IMG/VR virus record: IMGVR_UViG_3300032319_001025
Span: 64,001 to 128,000 of that record
Length of the DNA: 64,000 bases
From: a virus
Lineage: Duplodnaviria > Caudoviricetes
Direction: 5' to 3' (one strand)
The notes beneath the pieces are model-generated. The model worked only from the letters and a program-made list of their open reading frames with translations. It was not told the origin of the DNA and made no database searches. A program made the translations under genes and the position numbers. Positions 39,051 to 48,900 of this stretch are shown here, piece by piece (the stretch's first letter is position 1; every line of letters begins with the position of its first letter).

Positions 39051-39164
39051 ATTATGATCATTAATTTGTAAAACCGTTCCTGATTCGCCATCTAAAAAAA
39101 TGTAAAAACTTGAAAAATCTAATTTGCCAAAACCGTATACTTTAATTTTATCGTTTTCATTCAT
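38847..39164 (-). CDS. hypothetical protein with chimeric C-terminal TM segment
   Basis: Start reassigned to ATG 39164; C-terminus derives from a copy of 39790-39871. Confidence 0.55.
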   Translation of the reverse strand: MNENDKIKVYGFGKLDFSSFYIFLDGESGTVLQINDHNNTVFLHVEGRGKVMVHGRQCELDSKFKNVVRLLKKEASIFWKLFFAYVAIKVIIGIAFILKILFFYM

Positions 39165-39171
39165 AACCAAT

Positions 39172-39199
39172 ATTATACAGAAAATTGATAAAAAATCAA
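39172..39199 (-). promoter_or_regulatory. sigma-70 promoter, leaderless
   Basis: TTGATT-N16-TATAAT, 7 nt to ATG 39164; overlaps ATTGAT-N5-ATCAAT palindrome. Confidence 0.55.
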
Positions 39200-39215
39200 T
39201 ATAGCTAAATTTTAA

Positions 39216-39758
39216 TTAATTCAATGGTTTACTGATATCAAAAATAAATTTATCTATTGCGGTTTCTTTATAAAGACTAAATGGTGTTACCATATAATAC
39301 ATTACGTCATCGGGATTAGGTGAATGCTCAAGCCCAGCACAATGACCTAATTCGTGCCATACTACAGATTCTAATATTTGATTTTCAAAAGCGGTTGGAA
39401 AAAGCTCTATAACGCAAGTTTCTTGTTGTACATATGCTTGCCCAGCAATATTTAAACCGTTTTTAGAATCGCTTTCACTATGATCAACCATTTTAAATGT
39501 TATTTTTTGGTGATTTACAATGTCTTCAGTAAAAGATAAAAAAGGTTTTGAATTTCTTGAGTTTAAATCGTTTATTAAACTTATTATATTGCTTTTGTCG
39601 TTTTCAGTAAAATTTTCAAACCCTTCAATTTTAGCTGGCCAAGAAATACAATTTTTTCCGCAACTTACCAAATTAAAAACCGCAAGAATAAAAATAAGTC
39701 TAACGGCAATATAAGCTAATTTTAAGCTTAAAATGACTTCTTTTTTGTTTTTTGTCAT
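39216..39758 (-). CDS. matrixin-like (M10) zinc metalloprotease lipoprotein
   Basis: HELGHCAGLEH (HExxHxxGxxH), Met-turn 'DVMY', lipobox LVSC. Confidence 0.85.
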   Translation of the reverse strand: MTKNKKEVILSLKLAYIAVRLIFILAVFNLVSCGKNCISWPAKIEGFENFTENDKSNIISLINDLNSRNSKPFLSFTEDIVNHQKITFKMVDHSESDSKNGLNIAGQAYVQQETCVIELFPTAFENQILESVVWHELGHCAGLEHSPNPDDVMYYMVTPFSLYKETAIDKFIFDISKPLN

Positions 39759-39783
39759 ATTGTATACAGTAATTAAAGTTTAT

Positions 39784-39873
39784 TTATTTTATTTTTAAAA
39801 TGAAAGCAATGCCGATGATTACTTTAATTGTAACATAGGCGAAAAATAATTTCCAAAAAATTGATGCTTCCAT
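39784..39873 (-). CDS. 29-aa single-TM micropeptide
   Basis: MEASIFWKLFFAYVTIKVIIGIAFILKIK*; TTTACT-N18-TATAAT ends 5 nt before its ATG. Confidence 0.55.
   Translation of the reverse strand: MEASIFWKLFFAYVTIKVIIGIAFILKIK
39790..39871. repeat. 82-bp repeat, second copy at 38865-38946 (1 mismatch)
   Basis: Offset 925; T39831 vs C38906. Confidence 0.92.
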
Positions 39874-39939
39874 ATCTTATTATATGGTTAATTGTCTCTA
39901 AAAGTAAACTGTTATTCTAAAATACATTACTATTTAAAG

Positions 39940-40173
39940 TTAGTCGTTTTCCCTGTTGTATTCTGAAAACCACATTAAAACAAAACTAATAACAGCCAAT
40001 AAAGATGCAACAATGTAACTTTGCAAGCTTTTACCTACAATTTCATACAAAAGAGAGCCTGCTCCAGCTCCAAGAGCTACCCCAATAAGTCTACTTATAG
40101 ACCCGAAAAAAGATCTTTTAAAAGCTCTTTTGTTTATTTTTTTGACACTAATTTTTTTCATTGACGTTATCAA
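39940..40173 (-). CDS. two-TM membrane protein
   Basis: Gly-rich hydrophobic helices. Confidence 0.6.
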   Translation of the reverse strand: MITSMKKISVKKINKRAFKRSFFGSISRLIGVALGAGAGSLLYEIVGKSLQSYIVASLLAVISFVLMWFSEYNREND

Positions 40174-40412
40174 TCTACATAAACAATATTTTTATATTTA
40201 AAATAGATATAAAGTCTTGGACTAACAATAAATGGTGGGGGCATTTTAAGGATTTTTTCTATACATTCCTCTTTCTGAGAAGAGTGTAAATCGTCAGCTT
40301 GCTTAGATTCTTCGCAGTAGTCTGTTTGTTTCATTTGCCATATATAATAAGCTTCTGATATAGCAATATGAAATAAAAAACCAAACATAAAAATCCTTAA
40401 AAGCCTTCTCAT
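40170..40412 (-). CDS. exported/membrane hypothetical protein
   Basis: N-terminal hydrophobic segment. Confidence 0.55.
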   Translation of the reverse strand: MRRLLRIFMFGFLFHIAISEAYYIWQMKQTDYCEESKQADDLHSSQKEECIEKILKMPPPFIVSPRLYIYFKYKNIVYVD

Positions 40413-40415
40413 AGG

Positions 40416-41309
40416 TTAATTCCTGTCATAGTCATTAAAAGAATCGTCTTCTAATCCAATACCATAACTATCTTTTTCTTCTGGTGCTGTAGTAGCAGCT
40501 TTACGTTTAGATGAATCAAGGGTTTCGCCAAAGCATTCAACACCAATAATCATATCTTTTATTTGGTCTAATACCATCCCATCTGTACTTTTAATCCATA
40601 GTTTAAGGTCTATATTAGAAATGTCTTGAAAAAAACTTTTGATATAAGCTTCTCGAGCAGAATCGTCTGGTTTACCTACCTCAATGACTTTTGCAAATCT
40701 ACTAGGTCTATTTTTAATAGAGTTAGGTATTCTGTCTAAATGGTTAGTAGTAGCTAGATAATATATACTAGGAACCTGTAAATCACCGTCTAAAAGGGAC
40801 AAAAAATCCGATCCTTTGCAATATCTGTCAAATTCTTCAAATACGCAAACTATAGGAGTTTCGCCTTGAATAGAATGTAAAATCTTTACTGCTTCAGAAA
40901 AGGCGTGGGGATCTGGATTATAAATAGCTATTCCTCCCATATCAACTACGCTAGAAATAACTTTAAATACAGTGCATGTTTTACCAGTTCCAGGCTCTCC
41001 GTGCATAATAGAGCCACGTTTATATACAAGACCGAATTTATCAAATTTACTTTTAGTCTCTTTTTTCCAAAAAGTCTCTATATCAGAGATGATGGAAGCG
41101 GTCACCATTGTTGGAAGATCGATATATTTAGATGTAAGTACATCTTTTACTACAAAACTAATTTCCCCAGCCATATTAACGTTTACTGTGTAAATATTAG
41201 GGGGCAATCCTGGTAATAAAGTGGGATTTCCAATTGGTTGATATAAACCGTCTTTTGTAATAAATTGAGTGTATTTTTCAGTTTTTTCTAGTTTTCTTCT
41301 TGTTCTCAT
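40416..41309 (-). CDS. AAA+ ATPase (single ring, BCS1-like)
   Basis: GEPGTGKT, Walker B VFEEFD, SRH 'ATTNHLDRI...IKNRPSRF'. Confidence 0.85.
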   Translation of the reverse strand: MRTRRKLEKTEKYTQFITKDGLYQPIGNPTLLPGLPPNIYTVNVNMAGEISFVVKDVLTSKYIDLPTMVTASIISDIETFWKKETKSKFDKFGLVYKRGSIMHGEPGTGKTCTVFKVISSVVDMGGIAIYNPDPHAFSEAVKILHSIQGETPIVCVFEEFDRYCKGSDFLSLLDGDLQVPSIYYLATTNHLDRIPNSIKNRPSRFAKVIEVGKPDDSAREAYIKSFFQDISNIDLKLWIKSTDGMVLDQIKDMIIGVECFGETLDSSKRKAATTAPEEKDSYGIGLEDDSFNDYDRN

Positions 41310-41338
41310 ATCAAGCCCCTTACGATTAAAAATAAAAA

Positions 41339-41467
41339 TTATTTATTATTACAAGTTCTGCAAATTTTACAATAATATCTTTTGTTTTCTGGTATGTCTT
41401 TTCCAGAATCAGCATGTTCTGTTTCTTTTTTGCATTTCTTACATTTAATTATCAGTTTTTTATTCAT
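41339..41467 (-). CDS. 42-aa zinc-ribbon peptide
   Basis: My translation with CKKC...H...CKIC; ATGA overlap with upstream gene. Confidence 0.5.
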   Translation of the reverse strand: MNKKLIIKCKKCKKETEHADSGKDIPENKRYYCKICRTCNNK

Positions 41468-41664
41468 TTTTTTGCTAGATCCTTTAGTAAATGCATGCCG
41501 TTTTCAAAAAAATCAACAAACTCACCTTTTATAATAGTTTCTACCCAATTGTCGTCATTTTTTTTTCTGTCAAGCTTTTCAGCAAAAACTCTAGCTTTAT
41601 TTAAGCTTTCAAAAGATTTTACTCTTGGGGAACACTCTTTAACATAAAAAACAAAATATTTCAT
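41464..41664 (-). CDS. hypothetical protein
   Basis: 66 aa directly after recA, GAGGT RBS. Confidence 0.6.
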   Translation of the reverse strand: MKYFVFYVKECSPRVKSFESLNKARVFAEKLDRKKNDDNWVETIIKGEFVDFFENGMHLLKDLAKK

Positions 41665-41665
41665 G

Positions 41666-42727
41666 TTACCTCACATCAAGCGCGTAGACCTCTCTAAGCA
41701 TGTCTTGGGCAAGCTCTTTATTTTCTTTTAATGCGGCCAAACAATTAGCAATACCTCTCCATGTATGGTCTTTGTATTGATATGTTTGATTATTAGGTCT
41801 TTGCAGTACACCGCTATTTCTAGCTAGCACAAACACTTCTTCATGGGTGTTTACAATACCGTTGTGATAATCAAGTGTAAATTCTGCGGTTCTACCAGAA
41901 ACACCAATTGAACTTTCTTCAACTCTAAAACGAATTTTATGTCCAGTTTTTTCAGCTTTATCCATAAAGTCTTTACGTTCTTCATCTAAAAACTCTTCGC
42001 CAGTTAGAGTCACCCGACCATCTTTAGATCGATTAGGTTCAATATAGATGAAGAATTCTGCCATATGCTTAGAAGCCCAAGCTCCAGCCATTTTAACAGT
42101 TTTACCGCGCATTTGCTCTTTTTGATCAAGTTCAGCTCTAACGTGAGTTGTCATAAGAAGGGCAATTTTATGCTTTCTAATGATTGGAAGAATACGCTTT
42201 AATCCGTCTTGCAATGTTGCAGCTTCATCACCAATCTGCTGAGTCATTACAGACGTAGCATTCATGGCTCGCCGCCCTTGAATACCCTTTAATGAATCGA
42301 TAATAATCATTTTAATCTTAGCACCTTCTTGACATAAAGCACTGATATCATTCTCAATTCTATCAAAAATATGCTCTGGTTGATTAACGTCATAAACAAC
42401 AAATCGTTCAGAATCAATTCCCCACACTTTATGCTGAGCAGAATTAGCCTGAATTTCACCTCTTAATTCAGTATTAAACGTGATTGCAATGGCTTCTGGG
42501 TCATCCTGATGCATCTGACCTACCATAGCATTACAAATAATTGATTTACCGCCTTTAGGGGGTCCATAAAGAATTGCGGCATATCCGTAAGGCAAACCAT
42601 GTCCAGGTACTCCAAAGGCCCAATTAACGCTTGGAGAAGGTGATTGCGAGCAGTTAATCAACGGATCATAATTATCCTGTACTGCACCTTCCATATTCCT
42701 AAGTTTTGACATGAATTTATTGCTCAT
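41666..42727 (-). CDS. recA: RecA/UvsX-like recombinase
   Basis: GLPYG, YGPPKGGKS, IIIDSL, 'KMAGAWASKHMA' (GG.ALKF), GGAGGT RBS. Confidence 0.88.
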   Translation of the reverse strand: MSNKFMSKLRNMEGAVQDNYDPLINCSQSPSPSVNWAFGVPGHGLPYGYAAILYGPPKGGKSIICNAMVGQMHQDDPEAIAITFNTELRGEIQANSAQHKVWGIDSERFVVYDVNQPEHIFDRIENDISALCQEGAKIKMIIIDSLKGIQGRRAMNATSVMTQQIGDEAATLQDGLKRILPIIRKHKIALLMTTHVRAELDQKEQMRGKTVKMAGAWASKHMAEFFIYIEPNRSKDGRVTLTGEEFLDEERKDFMDKAEKTGHKIRFRVEESSIGVSGRTAEFTLDYHNGIVNTHEEVFVLARNSGVLQRPNNQTYQYKDHTWRGIANCLAALKENKELAQDMLREVYALDVR

Positions 42728-42748
42728 GTTACCTCCAAAATTAATTTA

Positions 42749-42777
42749 ATTATAAACTTTAAATAAAGTTATTTCAA
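42749..42777 (-). promoter_or_regulatory. sigma-70 promoter of recA
   Basis: TTGAAA-N17-TATAAT on - strand. Confidence 0.75.
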
Positions 42778-42780
42778 TGA

Positions 42781-43353
42781 TTAATAATCTTCTTCGGGCG
42801 CACCCATTAAATTATTAGCAGGTGCTCCAATGGTGCCATTGAAGTTTGGTGTGGGCATTCCAGATCTTCTTTCCCAGATAGATCTAGATGCGTTATAAGC
42901 TCTAACAAAACTTCTAGCTTTGTTTTCAAGAAGACTTTTAACAGCGGTTAATTGATTGATCTTATCAAGAAAAACTGAGCACTCTGGATCTCTAGAAATA
43001 AGAGCGTTCCTAAAATCCTCGTTTGCTTTCATACCACTATTTTTATAACGGTTAACTTCATCTGGCATCTTATCTAAGATAACCGTAGACTTAGCTAATT
43101 CGTAATGTTTTTGGGCTACCAATATTTCATACTCAATCCAAGAAATATATTTAGTAGTCAAATTACATACAGTATTAAAATACCCCATTAATTCTGGTGC
43201 AGTTAATGGGGATACAATACTAACTTCATTTAGCCTACCTTCCGCCTTGTATATTTCATCCATTTCCAGCTTTAAAGGCGGAAGGTTAGGTGTGCCACGG
43301 GGAATGACTAGAGTTTTAAACTCTAATTCCTTTGTAGGAATATTTGTGCTCAT
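42781..43353 (-). CDS. helical protein, possible recombination mediator (UvsY-like)
   Basis: Position between ssb and recA; all-helical composition. Confidence 0.4.
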   Translation of the reverse strand: MSTNIPTKELEFKTLVIPRGTPNLPPLKLEMDEIYKAEGRLNEVSIVSPLTAPELMGYFNTVCNLTTKYISWIEYEILVAQKHYELAKSTVILDKMPDEVNRYKNSGMKANEDFRNALISRDPECSVFLDKINQLTAVKSLLENKARSFVRAYNASRSIWERRSGMPTPNFNGTIGAPANNLMGAPEEDY

Positions 43354-43356
43354 GTT

Positions 43357-44430
43357 TTATTGCCCAAAGATATTAGCGAATTCCTCATCAGACATAGCGT
43401 TTACATCGCTGCCAACGGCTAGTTCTGTTTTGCCAACAACTACTTGTTTTTCAACTTGTTGTTTTCTTGGTGTTGCAGTCTGCTGTTGAACGCTATTAGA
43501 AGCCCATCCTTCTGGAAGATTAGGTGTAGAAACCTGAAAGCTTCCATCTGGAGTATTTTCAATACGTCCAACTGCTTTAGCAGTGGTGCCTGGAATCTGT
43601 GTTTCCAAAGGATTCTGAACTTCTGGATTAGCTTGTTTTTCACGCATAAAAATGCGGTCAGCAAGCTCGGCTCTCAATTCTGCTGGAGTAGCAACTAGAG
43701 AAGCTGCATCTTCTAAGCTAATAGTACGGTACAGATTTCCAACATCAAATGCTGTAGTCTGAAGAGACTGAATAGCATCTGGCGAAAGAACGTGACGTTT
43801 TAAGCTAAAAGAAGCTCCATTTTGTTCATAAACAAGCTCAGCACCATAGCTGGTATCTTTAGAGCCAGGATATGGCTGAATTTTTTTAATTTTAAGCCAA
43901 GCACCTTCAACTCCGGTAATATCAATACCAAGAGTTTTATGGGTAGATTGAATTACGTGGTCTACCGATTGCCAAGCTTTGTATGGAATACCTAGTACGC
44001 CAATCTGGTTAGATTGACTAATAGCATTCATAAAAAATGCTTTTTGTACTTTAAATGGAAATACTTTTTCCATCCAAAATTTTTTAGCTTGCTCTTCCGT
44101 GGCTTTTCCTGCAGCTACTGCATCTTTAACAAGTTTATATTTAGCCATGTTTTCAGTTACCATATCGCAAACAGGGCAATGAACTTTAACTAATTTAGTT
44201 TTATTGTCTTTAACTTCTAGGCATCGGAACATATTAACTCTTCCGTTGCTTGTTCTAAATCCACCGTGAAAAGCATAAAATTTGCTATACTGACCTTTTT
44301 CAGCAAGGCTAAAAAGTGGGGGCAAAATTCTATACATATTATCCCCAGCTTCAAGCTTGTGCCAAGTCTGTTTAGATCCAGTGGCATTACCAAATCGGGT
44401 AGCACCGACTTTAAAGTTTTCGTTACTCAT
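43357..44430 (-). CDS. single-stranded DNA-binding protein (gp32-like)
   Basis: 'KLEAGDN.YRILPP', H..C...CPVC zinc site, 'FFMNAI', acidic C-terminus 'MSDEEFANIF'. Confidence 0.7.
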   Translation of the reverse strand: MSNENFKVGATRFGNATGSKQTWHKLEAGDNMYRILPPLFSLAEKGQYSKFYAFHGGFRTSNGRVNMFRCLEVKDNKTKLVKVHCPVCDMVTENMAKYKLVKDAVAAGKATEEQAKKFWMEKVFPFKVQKAFFMNAISQSNQIGVLGIPYKAWQSVDHVIQSTHKTLGIDITGVEGAWLKIKKIQPYPGSKDTSYGAELVYEQNGASFSLKRHVLSPDAIQSLQTTAFDVGNLYRTISLEDAASLVATPAELRAELADRIFMREKQANPEVQNPLETQIPGTTAKAVGRIENTPDGSFQVSTPNLPEGWASNSVQQQTATPRKQQVEKQVVVGKTELAVGSDVNAMSDEEFANIFGQ

Positions 44431-45220
44431 TTGTTTCTTCTCCTTTAGTTTCTAATTCAGATGTTTCTGTTGTTTCTTTAGTGGCTTTCGCTCTTTTACT
44501 TGGTTTCCTTATTTTTGATTTTACATCAACCAATAAGCTTTTTACAAGATCAATTCCTAACTCGACTTCACCATCATTAGTTATCTCGTCCAGATCAATA
44601 ACCTGAACTGGTCTAGGAAGATAGTTTGTATCTAGCTCCCCTCTGTAATTATAGATAACTACTGGAAGAACATTTCCGTCAAATCTTCTTTCTAGTGCTT
44701 TTTCAGTAATTTGTTTTTTAAGATAAATAGCGTTTAAAGAATCTCCGTAAGTTTTTTCCATTACGGTTTCCATAGATTTTCTAAGATCTTGATTATAATA
44801 GGCTTCTTGTGTGTTTAAAGTAGGAATAGGAAGCTGAATAATTCCTAATTCGCTTTTTAGATTAACAATTTCTCCAACTAAAGTTGAATGTTCGTACTGT
44901 GAATAATGTTCTCTTGCTAGTTTTGTTTTAAGAGTATTATAAAGCCTGTCTAACAGGGATGTATGGCTTAAAGAAAGTGTCTCAAAATTCTCGTCAGCAA
45001 TTTTAGCAAACTGTTCTGATTGTTTACCTCTAACCGCAACTAAAACCGCGCTTTTTGTAACCTCTTCAAAATATTGTTTTTTAAGTGTTTCTGCTGCAGC
45101 TTTAGCAGCTCTTACATTACCTTCTGCACCAACTCTAATACTTGGTGGAACACTGTTTAAACTAATATTAGCCTCTGCGTTTTTTTCAATAAATTGATTT
45201 AATATTTCTTTAATAGTCAT
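44423..45220 (-). CDS. hypothetical protein, possible degenerate dNMP-kinase fold
   Basis: See finding; 265 aa, first gene after promoter. Confidence 0.55.
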   Translation of the reverse strand: MTIKEILNQFIEKNAEANISLNSVPPSIRVGAEGNVRAAKAAAETLKKQYFEEVTKSAVLVAVRGKQSEQFAKIADENFETLSLSHTSLLDRLYNTLKTKLAREHYSQYEHSTLVGEIVNLKSELGIIQLPIPTLNTQEAYYNQDLRKSMETVMEKTYGDSLNAIYLKKQITEKALERRFDGNVLPVVIYNYRGELDTNYLPRPVQVIDLDEITNDGEVELGIDLVKSLLVDVKSKIRKPSKRAKATKETTETSELETKGEETNE

Positions 45221-45248
45221 TTTTTACCTCTTACTAATTATTACCTGT

Positions 45249-45277
45249 ATTGTAGTTTATTTTTAAGTTTAAATCAA
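45249..45277 (-). promoter_or_regulatory. sigma-70 promoter
   Basis: TTGATT-N17-TACAAT. Confidence 0.7.
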
Positions 45278-45321
45278 GTTTCATGTTTTATTCTATAAGT
45301 TTCTATTGCTTTATTGAACTG

Positions 45322-45633
45322 TTAAAATAAATACCATGAAAAATCATCATCTAGGTGTATAATACTCATGCACTCAAATTGTTTAAGATTATAATTTTGG
45401 GTGTAAGTATTATTACCTAAATCAATACGGTTACCTTTTACTGTTTTTACTGGTATTACAGTATTTTTATCTTGAGACCAGTTTTTAATTACATACATTG
45501 TACCAATCGGTACATTTTTAATGTCTGGCAACATAAACGTACCTGACTCCATGAATATAATTTTAAAGCCTGTACGGTCACTTATAATTTTATGGTTACC
45601 TTTTATAGTTGCTTTATCTATATTATATTTCAT
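45322..45633 (-). CDS. stand-alone tail-fibre-tip-like beta domain
   Basis: 'TFMLP....IG..YVIKN......V....G..ID......L.QFE.MSII.....WY.F' pattern. Confidence 0.5.
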   Translation of the reverse strand: MKYNIDKATIKGNHKIISDRTGFKIIFMESGTFMLPDIKNVPIGTMYVIKNWSQDKNTVIPVKTVKGNRIDLGNNTYTQNYNLKQFECMSIIHLDDDFSWYLF

Positions 45634-45905
45634 TATTTAACCCTTAATTGAGTATAGTGAATATCTTTAATAAATGGCAATAATATTTCAGAGGCTAAAA
45701 CTTCTTTAGCTTTTTTAAGCTCAAAATGTTCTCTGGTAGCGTCAACTAATGAGACTTTATGGCCAAGAACGGTAAAAGTTTTTTCTGGCTGTTCTTTGGC
45801 GTGGTTTTCTAATTCTTTTTTAATTGGCTCGAGCTGTTTTTCAAGTTCTTCCATTTGTCTTTTTAGGGATAGGTATTGTTCTAATGAAATCTCAATATTG
45901 TTCAT
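45633..45905 (-). CDS. coiled-coil hypothetical phage protein
   Basis: GAGGT RBS; TGcTATGAT extended -10 upstream. Confidence 0.65.
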   Translation of the reverse strand: MNNIEISLEQYLSLKRQMEELEKQLEPIKKELENHAKEQPEKTFTVLGHKVSLVDATREHFELKKAKEVLASEILLPFIKDIHYTQLRVK

Positions 45906-45973
45906 AATTACCTCACTATGGTTTAATCATAGCAAAAATAATTAATCTAACAATAACGCAAAGTTTGTGCCAA

Positions 45974-48900
45974 TTAAGCTGTTTTATATCTGTCTTCTTC
46001 TTTTTCGCTGGTAAGACTTATGACCTTATCTAATTGAAATCGTTTATTATTTGCAAAATAATACGCAATAACTAGTTTATCTTGAAATCCATGAGGTGCT
46101 TCTGACACTTCGGAATCATACGGCGGCCAGAGTACTTCTTTAGTAAAGACACCGTTAAAATCTATTATAAGTTCTGTAGCTTGTTTTGTTTTGTTTTTAT
46201 ATGTAAAGCATCTTTCTTTTACTACATATCCAATTCCAGCATATACAATATTTTTATATATTTTACCGTTTTTTTGAGCTTCTTTTGCTGCTTCAAGTTC
46301 TTGACCGCTTAAAACTTGTACACCATTTTCTGTATACCAAGAAAATCCTTTTTTGATCCCATACCTATTAGACATTATTAACGGTCTAACGTCCTCACTG
46401 TAAATACTAATAAGTTCTTTTTTCATTAAAAATTTACCCAAAGAAGTTACACCTATTAGCTCTTCTGGAACAGATTTTATAGATTCTTTCCTTATTTCAG
46501 CTTTTAATTTTTCAAATTCATATAATTTATTTTCAATGTCTATGTTTGGGTCAGGTAGAATAGAATCTAATACACCAGTAATGATAAGCTTCCTGCTTAT
46601 ACCAGAGTTTACCGCGCTTCTAATACCTTTTTCTTTAGAGTGGTTTTTAATAACATAATCTTCTAAGTTTGAATATGGAGAATTAGCTATAAGCTGATTA
46701 AAAGCTTTTTCACCAACGCCGTTAATTATAGAAAACGGCGCTACAAGCTTGTCGCCAACAATTTTGTAATCACCGCCAGAATTATTAATATCGGGCATTC
46801 TGATAGAATCAGAAATATATGGCCAAAACTTGTGGGCAAGCTCATCCTTGCTCGAGTTTGATAAGACTGACTTCCACCAATCTAATGGATAGTTTGTTTT
46901 TAAGTACATACACGCATAGGCGACATAAGCATATGAAATTGCATGAGATTTATTAAAACTATAACGAGAAGATGCCATTATCTGTTCTATTAAAAGCTTA
47001 ACTTGATCTTCAGACCAACCTCGATCTAAGCACGAATCTTTTAATCTTTTGGTTGCTACTGAAAGTAACTTCTCGTCTTTTTTACCAATGGCTCTTCTAA
47101 CGTCTTCAGCTTGTTCAGCTGTAAAACCAGCAAGCTCTCTAAAAATTTGAATTGTTTGTTCTTGGAACAAATTAATACCCACGGTGTCTTTTAAAATAGG
47201 TTCTAGGTCTTTATGTATATAAGTAATCGATTCGCCGTTTTTTCGCGCTACATAAACTTCAGCTAAAGTTCTACCATCTCCAAATGGTGCATCAAGAGTT
47301 CCTGGTCTTGCCAATGATGTAATAGATGCTAAATCTTCTATGCTTTTAGGTTTAATACTAATAAGAAAAGGTTTAACGGTTTCTGTATCAAACTGAAACA
47401 CAGTTTCTGTTCTACCGATCTGAAATGACCCAAAAGATTTTTCACAATGTGGTAGATTCCATGGATCTATTTTAATGTTTAATCTTTCTTTTATTGACTC
47501 TAAGCACCCTTGAATATCGACAAGAGTATTTAATCCTAAAAGATCGTATTTTACTAATCCAGCTAATTCAACTGACTTTGGCGAGAATCCAGTTAAAACA
47601 ACATCGTTGATTTTAATTACTGGGCAATAATTTTGTATGGGTTCATTAGCGATTACGACTCCGCAAGCATGGCTGCTTTTTTGACGTATAATACCTAGCA
47701 TTTCAGTAACAGATTGCCAAATCTTGGGATTGTTTTTAGCGTATTTTTTTAATTCTTGGTTTTGCTCTATAAGACCTTGGTGATAGTTTCCATTAGAATC
47801 CGTAAACCCTTTAACGAATTCTTTACTGTCAACTCCTTGTGGTTCAGATGGTAGGGATTTACACAATTTTTCGGTTTCGTTTGTAACTGTACCAAGTATG
47901 GCTCTTTCTGCATCTTTAATAGATGACTTAAGCTTTAATAAGCTGTCTGTAGAAATTCTGCAAAAACCGTCTTTATATTTGCTTTGTAAATACTCAATAA
48001 CTCTATCTCTACCTGTAGCTGAAATATCAATATCAACGTCAGGTAAAGTATTAGCTTTAATACGTCCAAGAGTTAAAAATCGTTCGAAGGATAAATTATG
48101 TTTTAATGGATTAACCGCACTAACTCCTAAAAGATAAAGCAATAATGAACCGCCAGCACTACCTCTAACGTTAATTAAAATATTGTTTTCTTTACAAAAA
48201 TTAGCCATATCTTCTACTGTAAAAAAATATGACAAAAGATTCATTTTTCCATTTTTTGCTAGAATGTCGATTTCCATTTTTAATCTATCTAGCATTTCTT
48301 TATTCGACCAATCCATGCGTCCATGTCGGTCAATCTTAACTTTAAGTTCTTTTAGCCAATCTGTATTGATTTCTGGTAAAACCCATCTATCTGAATTTGT
48401 TTCTATATTAAATTCGTTAAAATTGGATGCAAAATCATAAGAATTATCTACAAGTTCTTCAATATCTTTATCTGATAAGTTTAACGTGTGCTTTAGTTCT
48501 TCAGCAGCTTCATCGGTGCTTATGATATGATAAGATTGATGAAATTTCCAAAGTTCTTGTCCATTGCCAAGTCTGGCATCTTGAGTAAGTTTTTGCTCTT
48601 TCCATGCAAAATGTGAATCCAAAGAAATAATGGCTTTATCACCATATTTTTTAGCCATTTCAAGAACAAACTTGTTTGCTACCTTTTGAATATCTCCATC
48701 GATAGCAATATTGTTGCAACCAATCGGAACAAACTCGCCTGGAGTTATTATTTTACCTTCTGGGCTTTTTTTAGGAGATTTCCAATTATGAGTAATTTGG
48801 TGGGGAAACACTTCAACAAAAAAATTATTTGGTCCTGCAAGTTCTCTTAGCATGCAGTATGCTTTTTCAGCTAGTTTAGGTTCGCTTGTATTAAATTTAG

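Noticed and set aside
38865-39871. DGR template/variable repeat pair
   Set aside because: Only one mismatch, no reverse transcriptase in the window, and the target is not a lectin-type tip
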